Positions 46,549-60,086 of a stretch of 64,000 bases of DNA are shown here, piece after piece (positions within the stretch are counted from its first letter, which is position 1; every line of letters starts with the position of its first letter). The notes under the pieces were generated by a model. It ran no database searches. It was not told the origin of the DNA and saw nothing but the letters and a program-made list of their open reading frames with translations. A program made the position numbers and the translations under genes. The stretch is from Paragordius varius (lineage: Eukaryota; Animalia; Nematomorpha), in NCBI GenBank assembly GCA_964247055.1, contig OZ176053.1, forward strand, positions 186,001 to 250,000, in the 5' to 3' direction.

Positions 46549-49500
46549 ATGCATAATAATAGCGAAACAACGAATCGGGAACGTAAATCTAAAAAAACCG
46601 AGAACATTCCATGCACTCTTGAATCCTTAAACAAAATTTTAAACAATGTAAGGCCAGCCAAAAATTTTAGTTCCTCCCTATCATACTTTGATCTGAGGGA
46701 TTACGATGAAGTGTTCCCGAACCTGTTGATTGGAAATTAGTATGAATATTTGAATTATTTATATTTTTAGTGTTATTGCAAAAGATGTTAAAACACTTTT
46801 TAGTTTGGGCATTTCACATGTCTTAAATTGTGCTGAACCCTGTACTACCTCGTACCCAGAGGATAAAGTAGAACCCAATTCTCTTGAAGCTTATTCCAGT
46901 TCTGGTATTTCATATAAAGGGCTTCAAATCGATGATATCTGGAGTTTTCCTATCAAAGATTACTTTGACCATGCAACTTTTTACATTCATCATGCCATCG
47001 AACAAAATGGTTAATATCTTTTTTAAAAAACAAAATTGATTTTCCTTATTTTATGTTTCATACAAATGAACATTTTTTGACTTTGTAATATCATAATTAT
47101 TTAATACAATTGAATAAATTTGTGGAATAAACTTTTCTTTTTTGCATTTTGTAATTCCCACATCTAATCGGAATTAATAGTTGATTTTTCGCTAAAATAA
47201 CGTTGAATATAAATTTGATACTTTTAAATTAATTTCATTAATAATTTTATGTAATTTTACAATAATATAAGCCATTCAATAAGAATCAAAAATTTGCGAC
47301 AAGAAAATTAAATAAGATAAGACTTTTTTACCTTTACATTTTTTTAAAAGAATTGGATAATAGAATTTCAAATTTAATCAATTTAACAAAAAAAATTTAA
47401 TATGTTAATTATTTATAAAGTATTAATTTTTAATTTATTTTGTTTTTTTTTCGTATTTAGGTAAAGTTTTAGTCAATTGTATGATGGGAATTAGCCGTTC
47501 ATCCACTATAGTTTTGGCATATCTTATTAGGTAACCTATCCTTGATTTATAAATTTTTTGTTGAAATATTATTTTCAATATTATAAAAGCATATATATAT
47601 GCTTTGGAGGGGTAAATAATGTTAACTAATTTAGGTTTGTATATGAGATTTTCGGTTATTTAATCTTTTATTATTTAAAAACAGCGTTTTTTATTCATTT
47701 TTTTAAGTGAAAAAAAAACAGTTATTAGTTTGAGACGAATCACTTTTAATACATAAACATTTAACTGAAAGAAAACTTCTTTATATTGTATTGTTACTTT
47801 CGAGGAATAATCTAATTCCAAAAATATATTCAAAGTTTAAAGCTTATATTTTTTGCAAAAAAAATATTTTACCAGTAGTGTATTACACTAAATAAAAGAG
47901 CGTTTAGATCTAAGCAAGGCTTTAATCTCTTAACTCTTTTTTTAACCAAAAATGATTTTTAAGAAATATAAAGAATAAAAGCTGTTTTTAAAAAGCTCTA
48001 AACTCATAAAATGAAATAAACACCACCTCTCTAAACAAATATGCTTGACTATTATTAATATTGTAAATAAGATTTCTGAAAGATTTTAGGATTATTTCAA
48101 CATTAAATTTATATCTTTCATTAAAATTATATGGAGTATTATAATTAATTGAGGCAAAAATCTAAAATTGGATTGAATTATACTTGTTTAATCACGTAAC
48201 ATAAATATGATCGCAAAAAGAATTACGCCATATAAAATATAATGTAATTTTGCCATAAGTTACATTATATAGTATTGTTGTTGTTTTAAAAAAACTATAT
48301 ATATCTCAGGTTATTTTAAACGCATCCAAGCTTATTAATTTTAGACTAATTTAAATTAATTTTATTTTTGTTAAAAAAAACTAACTAACGGTTTTATGAT
48401 GCGTATTAATAGCTATGTATATTTAAGGTTAATATAGAACGAGGGAAAACCATTTGTTAATTATATTGATTGGCGAAAAATTAAGGTTTAAAAAATGCTC
48501 TTTATTTTTTATAAAATTATAAAGAGAGACAAAATGTACAAAAATAAAGACAAATATTTTTCCTTTCAAAAGATACCACATATACTTTTAACCTTACTTT
48601 ATTTATTCATCATAACTATTTTTTTACAATTTTGTAATGCAGAATTGAATTTCTTACCAAAATAATCTATTCCTTTTATGCAATCTAAAATGATAACTAA
48701 AATTGGATAGAATCAAATTTTAAAAAATATGGTTGTCGGTTGTTGTAAAATAATATTTGTCTTTATATTTTTACATTTTGTTTGTACGATACTTTTTAAC
48801 TGTAAGCTTATTAAATTTTTTTATAGTTTTTGCTTAATACTTTTTTTGTCTATCAAAATTTAATCTTTACATGTGTTAATTGAATATACCATTTACGATA
48901 TAAAATCACCCTCAAACAATTCATATCCACCCTAAAATAAATTATATGTTTTTAAAGATTAAAAATTACATCTATTTTTTTATATTTAAAAAAAATTTTG
49001 TTTTAAATTACATACAAAAAAAAATACTAAATTATACATAAGATATATTATATATACCATTTGCACTTCAAGAGTGTCCTTAAACACTTTAAGTTGGTCC
49101 TTGAACAGTTCAAGTTGGTCCTTGAACAGTTCAATCCTTTGACTTTTTTGTTTTGTTTTTAATTTTTATCAATCAAATCGTAAATAATTCATCTATTTTA
49201 TTGTTTTTAACCTATTTTCTATTATCATAAATTTAAAATCGATATCAACTTTTAATCTTTGAGAAACCGTATATCTTTATTAATCTTTTAAAATAATTTT
49301 GGATATTAATAAGATTTTAACACGAAATGAAAAAACATATAAGTTTTCTGGGTGATATGATGTTATATAATATGCAACAAAACATAACTCTATTTTATAT
49401 ATTACTTTGCTATTCAATGCATACTTATAATTCTTTTCTGTTATTAATATTTTACGTGACTGTTATATACTACGTGACAAGTTTTAGACTACGTGACTGT

Positions 49501-50490
49501 TTTATAAATGCACACTTATCATTCTCAGAAATTTATATATGTTAATGCACGATAAAAATGTATAATAAAATCCGTATACATTTCTCGGAATTAAATATAA
49601 CCTATATAAACAACAACTTCCTTAAGTCCATTGCATTACTGTGTTTTCCCATTATTGTGTTATAATAAATTATACCCAACTGATATTACTGGGTTAATAA
49701 TTAAAATTTTTCATTAAAAACATTTAAAAGTCAATAATTTTGTTCAATTGAAAAAAAAAATAGTTTTAAACAAAAAAGAGGTTTTTCAATAATAATTTTA
49801 TTCTTAAATAAATAAATAGATAATAAATAAAGAAAATTAGGTTAATAAATAATAAAATTAAAAAATAAATGCAAAAATGATGGTTAAATCAAAATTTATA
49901 AATTTTAAGGACCAACTTGAAGTGTTCAAGGACCAACTTGAAGTGTTTAAGGACACTATTGAAGTGCAAATCTTAAATTAACAATGAGTTATATCAGTTC
50001 GAAAACACATATAATTCATTTTTAGGGTAAATTTGATTTGTTCGAGGGTGAATTTGAATAGTTCAAGGTTAAATTTGAATTGTTTAAGGGTGAATTTGAA
50101 TTGTTCGAGGGTGAATTTAAATTGTTTGAGGGTGAATTTGAATTGGTTGAGGGTGAATTTGAATTGTAGGGTGAATTTGAATTGTACCCGGGTGAATTTG
50201 AATAGTTCAAGGGTAAATTTAAATTGTTCGAGGGTGAATTGAACTGTAAATGGTTTACTTTTATATTCATTCATTTTAGATACCAGGGTATGTCATTAGA
50301 TCAAGCACTTACGACCCTAAGGAAAAAACGTGAAATTCGACCCAATATGGGTTTCCTTCAACAATTAATTGAATACGATAATCGCCTTAAACAAGGAGGG
50401 GGCAATCGAAACAATAACATATCTTCAAACTCAAATTCAAATCTTGATATTACCATCAATAGTAGTCAAAATAAAATAAAAGCAATTTAA
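46549..50490 (+). CDS. Atypical dual-specificity phosphatase (DUSP3/VHR-like), 4 exons, ~236 aa
   Basis: Exons 46549-46739, 46771-47009, 47461-47530, 50280-50490. Motifs DEVFPNLLIGN, LGISHVLNCAE, GKVLVNCMMGISRSSTIVLAYL, IRPNMGFLQQL. Confidence 0.9.
48885..50254. mobile_element. Nested foldback elements in DUSP intron 3
   Basis: Outer element TATACCATTTAC (48885) / GTAAATGGT (50246-50254) with about ten 21-bp units at 50025-50245. Inner element TATACCATTTGC (49053) / GCAAAT (49971) with a related 21-bp unit AGTTGGTCCTTGAAC. Confidence 0.7.
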
Positions 50491-51707
50491 GCTGCAAAAG
50501 CAAAAAATTTATTTGTACAGGTGTAAAAATTGAAATTATAAAGACACAAAACATAAAAAAGTTAAATATTAGGTTGTTATGAATATAGATTAAGGTGATA
50601 ATCACTTTTTACAGGTAAAAATTGAAATTATACTAGGGACAAAACGTAAAAATATAAAGACAAAATTTTCTTTTCAAAAGACAATCCCAATTTTCTATAT
50701 ACTATTAAAAGTATTTACTAATAACAATCGTAAAATATATAATTGATTGTACCAATGTACATCTCTATTCTATACTTTGGAGTTTAAAACAATGAATTAT
50801 ATTGATAAAAATCAACGTTTTCAAAAAAAAATTTTTTGTCTTTATATTTTTACGATTTGTCCGGCATACAATTTCAATTTTTATTTTATTCCCAAATAAA
50901 CTACTTGGTTATAATTAAAAATCGAAGATAAAATATGGATGGTCTTGTTAAAAAATATTAATTTTTTTTACTTTTTATGTTTTGTCGTCTTTATGTAATT
51001 TTACTGTATATTTAACTATATATTTGCTGTATACCTGTGTCTATTTAGTGTGTGTGTGATTTATATATGAAAAAATATATTGTTATATCTATTTATTTTC
51101 TATGCACCTCATCATTATATTAAATGCCCAAAAAAGTGTTATCACCAAATATGAATGATATATATATATATGGTATAATTTTGATATGGAATTGTATTTT
51201 ATTTAAGGTGTGCGCATACCTTTACTGGATAACCAGAATTACTTTACTTTATTATCTGGTGATCTATAAGTAATTAAAATATCTAAGCCATATCCCTCTA
51301 TCCGATTCCCTGGAAAAAAAAAATTTTCCTTGAGTTTTTTGTCGATAGGTTTCTCAACACAATAATTCAGTTATTAACGTTACACTCTTTTCATCTTAAA
51401 TAATTCTTTGAAAGTTACAATATTGTCCAAAAATCTAAAAAACACTTATATTTAAGAGAAAAGCTTTTAAATACTGTTATCTTGTTTTGACTCGATTTTT
51501 ATGCCATAAATTGATAAAACTTCATATTATATATTATTCTTGAGAGATTGAATTTTTTTACTACTAAACTATATGTGCGTAATTTTAAACAATGCCCTCT
51601 CATTAAAAATACTTAATCGAAATCGTTTTAACAGAACCTCTAAATATTACATAAATATTTTTTATGGTGTACTATTAACATTGAATAATATGAAAATTTA
51701 TTTCAAT

Positions 51708-51744
<37 letters not shown>

Positions 51745-52186
51745 AAAATCAACTCTTTTTTGGTCTTTGAAAACATTTTATTGATCACGATTTAAAAAAT
51801 ACTTTAACGGAATTAAAATTTCAATTTTTTTCATAGAGTGTCATATAAACAAACATATTGAATGGTATAAATAAAATTTATTTAATCTTTCATGTAAATA
51901 ATACATATATTATATGGGTAAAAAACAATACTTTTCCGTCTTATAAAAACTTTTTTAGGTTGCAAACAAAATTTCGTTGATTGTTCATTTTTTCGCCTTA
52001 AAAACCTTAGGTAGTATGATATTTTCCATCCGTAATATTTAATAACTACTAATTTACAAAATAATTTCAAACCAGCCAAAATTTATTAATCTTTAAACTT
52101 TAGAAAAAAAATGTTGATTCAAATCAACAAAAACAAGATTTATACATTTCCATTCCATTTTTCCACACATCTAAATTCTAAACAAA

Positions 52187-55100
52187 TCATTTCGATGCAG
52201 TGCTATAGTCTTGTAAAACTGTGGCCATATGTTCATTGAATTTCATAGTTAGCGGTTTAGGAGCTTTTTTAGTCCTATTTATACGTCGTTTTTTATCTAA
52301 CGCCTATGCAAAAAAAATAAATTTTAATAAAATATTTACACAATATAATTGAAATTATACGGACAAAACATGAAAATATTATAAATACAATTTTTTTAAA
52401 AGACAACCAACCATACTTTTTTAAAAAACCTTAAATTATCCTATATAATCATTTTAATTACAATCGTTATATAATTGATTGTGTTATCTTATTACATCTC
52501 TATTTTATACTTTGCTATTTAAAACAATGAGTTAGTTATATTTAAATACCCCACAAGATTTAAAAAGTATAATTGTTGTTTTTTTATAAAAAAAAGATTT
52601 TTTATATTTTAACGTTTTGTCCGTATAATATCAATTTTTACTGTATATCTTTTAAAAGTGTATAGTATATAGTTTATGGAGGAAAATGAAGGTTTTAAAA
52701 AAGATTGAGTTTATATACAAAAAATATTTGTCTTTTAGTTATATAAATTGTCTTTATCATTTTATTGTTAAAATTAATTTTAATAAATAATTATTTCATA
52801 CTATGAATAAAAATTATTGAATAATTAATATTTTTACATGATTCACAATGGGTTTATTGATTTTTATGGCGTTCAGACCCTTATTTCTAAGGTATTGTTC
52901 AATTTCAAGCTCATCAGTATTTTCGACTGAAATTCCTTTCCAGAGTTTGACAAAATCTAAACATAGGAAAATTTGAATAAAATATCTAAAAACATATTTT
53001 ATATCACAATAAATAACATATTTACAGTGTGAGTAAGTATATATTGCTAGAAAGTTATAAGATTTGACAATAATTAATAACTTTCTACAATGTATACTTA
53101 CTGCTAGTGTATATGGTCAAAAATTATATAAATAGTAAAAATATTCGGCTTTTTGATTTGTTTAAATATTAATTTATTTGTATAATTCCTAAAAAATGTA
53201 AAATATGGCAAAATTATAATTTTTTTGATAATAAAGTTAATATACTGCTTTTTTTAGATTTTTATATTTCAAACACAATAGTTAATACAGGTAAATAATA
53301 GATGACATCTAATAACTTATTTATTAAATTATAAAATTACAGGTAAAATTGAAGTATACAAATAAAATGTAAAAACTAAAAGATAAATATTTTTTCATAG
53401 TTTAGACCTTAATTTTGTCTCATAAACTATGTTATTACAAATTTGAAATATATGGAATCGAATGTGTAAACAATTACAGTAAAAATTGAAACTGTATACG
53501 GACAAAACGTAAAAATATAAAGACAAATATTTTTATATAAAAAAACCAACCATACTTTTTAAAACATTAATCTTTCCCATATATAAGCTTTTTAGTTACA
53601 ACTGTAAAGTATATTGACGTTAATAATATATATCTCTATTTTACACTTTTGCCATTTTAAACAATGAGTTATATTGATTCTTTTATATCCAAATATTTGT
53701 CTTTATGTTTTTACGTTTTGTCCATAGTTACTTTCAATATTTACTGTAATAAAATCTTTATTCCTTATTTCGTATCAAAAACGATGAGTTATATTATAGC
53801 GAAAAAATCAAGGTTTATAAAGTTTTTACTCAAAAAAAATGCCTTTTAATTACTCTATTTTGTCTTTATAATTTTTGATTTTTACAGTTATTACCTGGAT
53901 GTACAGAAAATTTGCAGGATTCATCATCATAGAATAGGACTTTCTTTTTATCACCTGGGCGCGTTATCATAACGACACTATCTTCAATTTGCTATTAAAT
54001 TTCAAAAAAATAGCAGTAATAAAACAACTAAAAAAAACTAAAAACTATACAATTAAAATGACAAAATTAATGAAAATCTAACCCTATAACAAATAAATTC
54101 TAATAAACCATATATATTGGTTGGTTTAAACAATCTTTTTTTACTGCGTCTAAAATATAAAGGAAATAATAAACGACTGCTAAAATTTATTGTGCTTATT
54201 AGAGTAAAAAGAATTGACATATTTACATGGAAAGATTTTTCTCAAAAAATTATTTGAATGTATTCCAAAAAAATGAATTAAAGTTTGGCCTATTACTTAA
54301 ATCATGTCGTTAAAATAAAAAAAAAATTTACAATTAAAAAAAAATCTAAAATCAGCTTGCTTAAAACTGCTTCAATCTTCAAAACTTATAAAACTATAAC
54401 CCAAAAATCCATCATAAATCAAAATTTATAAAAAACGCAAAAATACCGTAAAAATTAAAATTATACGGACAAAACGTAAAAATATAAAGACAAATATTTT
54501 TTTCACACGGCAAAACTTTTTTAAATCTTAATTTTTCCCACAAAAATATATAATTATTGTGTAACCAATACACATCTCTAAATAATACTTTGCAATTTTA
54601 AACGATATAAGTTACAGTAATATATCCTTTATTTTATCAAAAATTTATTTTGTTTTCATTAAATGGGTGGGTATAAATATTTGGTAAAGAATGAAAAAAA
54701 ACAAGAGCTCTATGGTAATTAACAGTATCATATTCATCAAAAAAGTATACGAATTACCATAGAGCTCTTGTTTTTTTTCCATTCTTTACCAAATATTTAT
54801 ACCCCCATTTAACGGAAAAAAAAGTAAATAGTTGATAAAATAAAGGATACATGACAGTGTATATACAAAAAAATTCAAAATTTACAAAGTATATGGTTGT
54901 CTTTTAGAACAAAAAAATTTTTTGTCTTTATATTTTTTGTCTCCGTAGTAAAATTTCCACGCTTTTTACTGTAAAATTTAAAATGAGCAACTCACAGAGA
55001 TTATTTTATCAGCATGAGGTAAACTTTCTTCAATATCTTCAAGCAAAATACCACCCAGACCATGTTCATCTCTATAAGCTAATAATTTAAGCAAAGATTT

Positions 55101-56206
55101 TTTATCCTTAATATCAAGGGGGGCATGGAACATATAACGGGCACATTGGTGTGCATTTATAGTTTCATCTGATAAAATTTTTATATTATTTTCAGAACTG
55201 TTTTGAGATTGATTTTGATTTTGTGCATTAAAAGTTATTTTGATTTTGGGGTTGTTTGGAAGTGCCTAATATATATATCATACAGTAAAAAGATTATAAT
55301 TATCAGTTTAAAAACCAAACCTATATATATATATATGAGAAAAACTAAAAAGTAAAAAAATTTGTTTTATAAAGGAATATTATATATTTTATACGTTGTT
55401 GTGTAATATATCTATCGTTTTGCGTTGTAAAATATTGAATGGAGATGTAAATTAATTCGTAATACATTCATTTTTATCCAAATGTATTCATAAATAAAAT
55501 ATATAAGTGAAAACAAGTATTAGAAATATGGTATTTTATATACAATAAATATTTCGACTTAATGTTTTTTTAATTTTGATACAGTAAAAATGGATTAATT
55601 TTAATCTTGGGGCAGAGCTTTAGTCAAAAATTAAAACCAAATTGCCGGGTTCAAAATGCATATATTTTCACAATCCTAACCAATTTATACTACAAAATAA
55701 CTATATTAATCACTTTTAATAGGTTAAATAATAAAACTATAAAATAAATCTGAATATGTAGTGACGCTAATTTTTAGAATTTACACACTGATTTTCAAAT
55801 TTTTTCCTTTAGCATAATCTTTAGTTGAATATTCAACCTCATTTTCAAGCCAAAGTTTAGTTTTATTCATGACGTCCATGAGTCGCATTTCCTCAAATAT
55901 TTCTTCCAACGTAATATAATCGCAATATCCTTTGAGATATCGATCGCGTAAATGTTTAACGACTTTAGCCAGAATGGCAAACCTTTGTTGTGAGACTGTG
56001 GATGTAGCATTTAAGGTTAAGCTATTGTTGGTGTGATCTTCTTTTGAAACAACATATTTAGGGACAGAAACGTGAGATTTTTTACTACCTTAAGATGAAT
56101 GATTACAAAATTTATTTTTACTTTTTTCTTGTTTCTCTTTAACTATGGCATTTGCAAGGGCTCGTTTTTTAAATAGCTCACGTTCCTTAAGCAGCTGCGG
56201 ATCCAT
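52187..56206 (-). CDS. GTF2E2: General transcription factor IIE subunit beta, 6 coding exons, ~312 aa
   Basis: Exons 56206-56122, 56088-55838, 55265-54996, 53991-53895, 52956-52838, 52303-52187. Motifs MDPQLLKERELFKKRA, FAILAKVV, ALPNNPKI, GLGGILLEDIEESLP, RPGDKKKVLFY, LWKGI, NEHMATVLQDYS. Absent from the ORF track. Confidence 0.93.
54615..54859. mobile_element. Tc1-type foldback MITE family B, copy 2
   Basis: Same arms (GGTATAAATATTTGGTAAAGAATG..AGAGCTCTATGGTA) as 38615-38859, with TA flanks. Confidence 0.85.
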
Positions 56207-56972
56207 CTCACAAGAGTTATGTTTGGTGTTTTTTAATTATATTAACAATGAAATATATTTTTGTTTTAAATTTTATCTGTAATGTCTAGTAATTTGATAA
56301 AATAATAAATAGGTATTATATACACAGCTATGTGTGTACATTATAGCAAAGGTTTGTAATTAGGCAAACATATTTATAAAAAAACAGTTTTTGCGCAAAA
56401 AATTATAATCATCCTTTATCTCAAAATTTACAGAAAAAATAGAGCACTTAACTTTTATATTGCATATAGGTTGATCCATGTAATTTAAAACAGCTAAAAA
56501 AATTTTTTAATGCAAAATGGCTTCTACTCTTCTGTTATCTAGCAACTGCGAAAATCGCTTCAAAAATTTTTTACGGCTTAGTTTTTTATGCAAAAATAAG
56601 ATTTTACGGGTGTAAGGGATAAACGAGCCTCTAAATAAAAATTTGGACCAATTTATGCTTTGCATTCATAAAAATATTAAAAATAGGTCTACAAGTTGAA
56701 TAAAATTTAAAAGCTAATATCGTGTTTATCTCATTGATAAGAGTCTTTTGATAAAATACCTAAAATGGATTTATATCAATATCTAAAGGTATTAAAAATA
56801 GTTTTTTTGTTATAGCTAGCATATATTGGTTCGATTCCGGGTTCTTTGCATCAAGGACACTAATTTAACAGGTCTCATGAGTGACATTTGAAGAAACAAC
56901 TGAAAATATAGTGTTTTTAGACAAAATATTAAATTTTTAAACAATTTAAACGTATATTTTAAACAAATTAAA

Positions 56973-57523
56973 CACTTCGATTCAAATTGGAGTATCTAAA
57001 TAACCCCGGACTAAATTTAATTTAGCATTTTTAAACTACTGAAGGAAACGATATCCATTTATTTTTGCTTCTATCCTTCTAAAAATTATATAAATATGCC
57101 AATCTAAATAAAATTTTGAAAAGTTCCATGTCAAACTACTTCAACATTATTTTTATTTTATAATATTTTTGCAAAATCTCGTCTTGATTTATTAAGGGTA
57201 AAATTAATGCTAATTTTTTATTTTAATTCCATCTAACATTAAGAGAAATAGAAAATGGTTTATTTTGTATTATATTTCAATTTTACCATTGCAGGCATGT
57301 CATGTTGACTAAATTTTTACCTTTCGGTTTTAGCTAAAATAAGTAAAGTCAAGTATTTCTGAATAAAATTTATTTGTATATTTCGGTTAATAATGTTATA
57401 TAAGTGCGAAATTGCCATTGTTTTGATTCTTTCCATATTTTTAAAGTATTTATTTTAAACAAACTTGGGGTATTTAACCCCAAATTCAATCGAAGGCCGA
57501 CAATGAATGTGTTGTATCCAATG
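56973..57523 (+). mobile_element. piggyBac-like MITE, degenerate copy
   Basis: CACTTCGATTCAAATTGG left end and GTTGTATCCAATG right end. The TTAA flanks are mutated. Confidence 0.7.
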
Positions 57524-58505
57524 TTTAGAGGCAGATTATACCGTTTCTATTAATTTTATGCCCCCATTTAAAATTCTAAATATATTATTTATTATATTCA
57601 ATATTGGGCCAAATTTAATAATAAGCTTTTTTAGCTTTTTATGCGCATGCAAAATTAAAAAAATGCAACATTGTAAAGTAATTTCTCAAACTTTTCACGA
57701 CCGTGTTTGTTTTGGATATTTTTAAATCGCTAATATAACAGATAAATAAATGTTTATGGTTAAAAATGGTAATAACTAACTTTGTAAAGCTTTCAATTTA
57801 TATTTTACCGACAATTTTTGATCTATATTAATTTAAAAATCAGCTGTTTAGTTCAATCATGTTTCGAATCTATTCAAATATGGAGGAACTGTAAAAAATA
57901 TACTGCTTTTTATATGATAGACAACCAGGGTCGTCAATACCGTATATTCCATTTCTGGATTATTTTTTTAAGTATTCGCTATAAATCAATTTTATAATTT
58001 TTCAATTTATGTATATAAAAATAAATTAATACTGATAAATGGCCATTAGAAACCCGTCCTCTGAATATTTGAATAAAAAAACATAAAAGTATCTATTTTT
58101 AACTCTGCGCGTCATGATATTATTATTTCTTTATTGACAATTACACACCTGTATTCATAAAAAATAAAAAAATTTTAATAAATATGATTGCACGAAACGA
58201 TACAACTAATATAGGTTTTTGGTTAAATTTTTGGAAACAAAACTCATTTATTTCTAATTATAGAAAAAAATATTTTTGTCAAATATTATCTAATAAATAA
58301 TTAATTAATCCGTTATCTATAAAATTTTATATGGTTTACTCTATTTATACTTTAATTTTATTTTAGGAATATTACCAACTTTAAAGGGATATAAAAAAAC
58401 TTTTACCTGATATTTCTTTTTTTCCTTTTTATGACATATTTTAATAAATTATTATATACCATATTTTAATTTGTCTAGAAATATCTCAAATAAAATATCT
58501 TAGTT

Positions 58506-60086
58506 ATGCATAACAATTATTATTACTATTATTACAATGACAAAAAATTTTGTGAAACTGAAAAGTTACCTTACTATAACGTAGCGGGCACGAGAATGTA
58601 CAAAATTTTAGCTCCGCTCATCATGTGCATTGGTATAATTGGAAATTCGTTGAATGTTATGACTTTAAATGCGGGCATACGCAAAGTTAAAACTGTAAAT
58701 ACTTATCTTTTGCGTATATATTTCATCCTTAATTTGGTTAATTGCTTACTCATGATCCCTTGGCCCATCCTGGATTCTATCGAACAATTCTATAAAATAA
58801 ACCCACGCGTCGAACACAACTGGAGTGAATATTTGTTAAAATTTCATTTCCCTTTCACCATGGCTTTCATTGATTTTGGGTATTTGATTACAGTACTCAT
58901 GTCCGTAGATCATTATTTAGCTGTGTATGCACCGTATAAGTACAGGAGTTTAGCTACTGTACCATTTTTTCGTAGGCTTATTGGCGTGGCTTTTGTGTGG
59001 GTCTTGGTCTGGAACATTCCAATGGCGTTTTACATGAAAGTTGAACAACTTGAAACGTGTCAATATGGTACAGTTATAGCTAGAGTTTTGTTTCAACCTA
59101 AAAGTTCGGGTGCAATTTATGTGTTACATGCATATCATGTGCTTCGAGAGTTTTTTACAAAACTCATACCGTTTGGCATTTCCGTGTACATGGGCGTTTG
59201 GGCACACCAAGAAAGAAAACGTCTCTCCTACAAAACGTTGGAAACTAATTCAAGTTTAAGTAAATTACAACCGACAACTAAAAGTAACAATGAAATCACC
59301 AAAAACAAAGCAATTACTAGCGATTCAATTATGAAGTTTTCAGCTTCTTGTGGAAACATACCTGAGCTTATGCAAAGTCCAAATTATATATGTTTGCAAA
59401 ACATGGTCACAACAAATAGCATAAGATGCTTGGAGAAAAGGTCATCTTACCAACCGTTGCTAAATAGTAATAAACAATGTTTTGACGGTCTACCAGATAA
59501 AAATACGTGTGCTCCTAGCCTAATACTTTTAAACGATATTAATATCCTTGAAATGAAAGAGGATGAAAAAAGCGATACAAAAGTAATGCACCCAAATATG
59601 GATATGTGCAACTTGGTGAATAAAAACAGTCCAGGAACAGATTCTGGTTTCAAAGATGTGCTCCAAACCCCAAAATCAAACTCAACAAAATTTAGTTGGA
59701 GTTCCTTAAACTTACTGGCATCTGACAAAAATGGCCCAAACCTCGTGGGCTTGTCTTGCCCTACATCCACTACCCTTATTCTTAACGAACGCCGTTACAA
59801 AAAGTATCAACATGAAAGGCGTCAAAATTTACGTAATATAATCTTGCTTATGTGCACTTTCATATTATTCCTACTGCCCCTAACGTTGTACAAAATGTGT
59901 GGAGCTATATTCTTGGAAAATTTTAGCCTTGAAGTTTTTCACAAAGGACTGAGTTTTGTTATCCTGCTTGAATACATTTATATCAGTGTGACATTTTACA
60001 TATTTATTGCATTCAATGCGACTTACCGTCGCAGTGTATACCATATTGTGTGTAAAAAATTTAACCGAATACGGAAGAAATTTTAA
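58506..60086 (+). CDS. Intronless rhodopsin-like peptide GPCR (FMRFamide/sex-peptide-receptor-like), 526 aa
   Basis: TM1 GIIGNSLNVMTL, TM3 LMSVDHYLAVYAP, TM4 LVWNIP, a long ICL3, TM6 FILFLLP and TM7 VTFYIFIAFNATYR. Confidence 0.85.
   Translation: MHNNYYYYYYNDKKFCETEKLPYYNVAGTRMYKILAPLIMCIGIIGNSLNVMTLNAGIRKVKTVNTYLLRIYFILNLVNCLLMIPWPILDSIEQFYKINPRVEHNWSEYLLKFHFPFTMAFIDFGYLITVLMSVDHYLAVYAPYKYRSLATVPFFRRLIGVAFVWVLVWNIPMAFYMKVEQLETCQYGTVIARVLFQPKSSGAIYVLHAYHVLREFFTKLIPFGISVYMGVWAHQERKRLSYKTLETNSSLSKLQPTTKSNNEITKNKAITSDSIMKFSASCGNIPELMQSPNYICLQNMVTTNSIRCLEKRSSYQPLLNSNKQCFDGLPDKNTCAPSLILLNDINILEMKEDEKSDTKVMHPNMDMCNLVNKNSPGTDSGFKDVLQTPKSNSTKFSWSSLNLLASDKNGPNLVGLSCPTSTTLILNERRYKKYQHERRQNLRNIILLMCTFILFLLPLTLYKMCGAIFLENFSLEVFHKGLSFVILLEYIYISVTFYIFIAFNATYRRSVYHIVCKKFNRIRKKF

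Noticed and set aside
55780-55837. Read-through extension of GTF2E2 exon 2
   Set aside because: The true next exon (ALPNNPKI, 55265) joins in phase 0 at GAG|GT.
56828-56838. tRNA gene
   Set aside because: Only a B-box; no acceptor stem, D-arm or anticodon arm.
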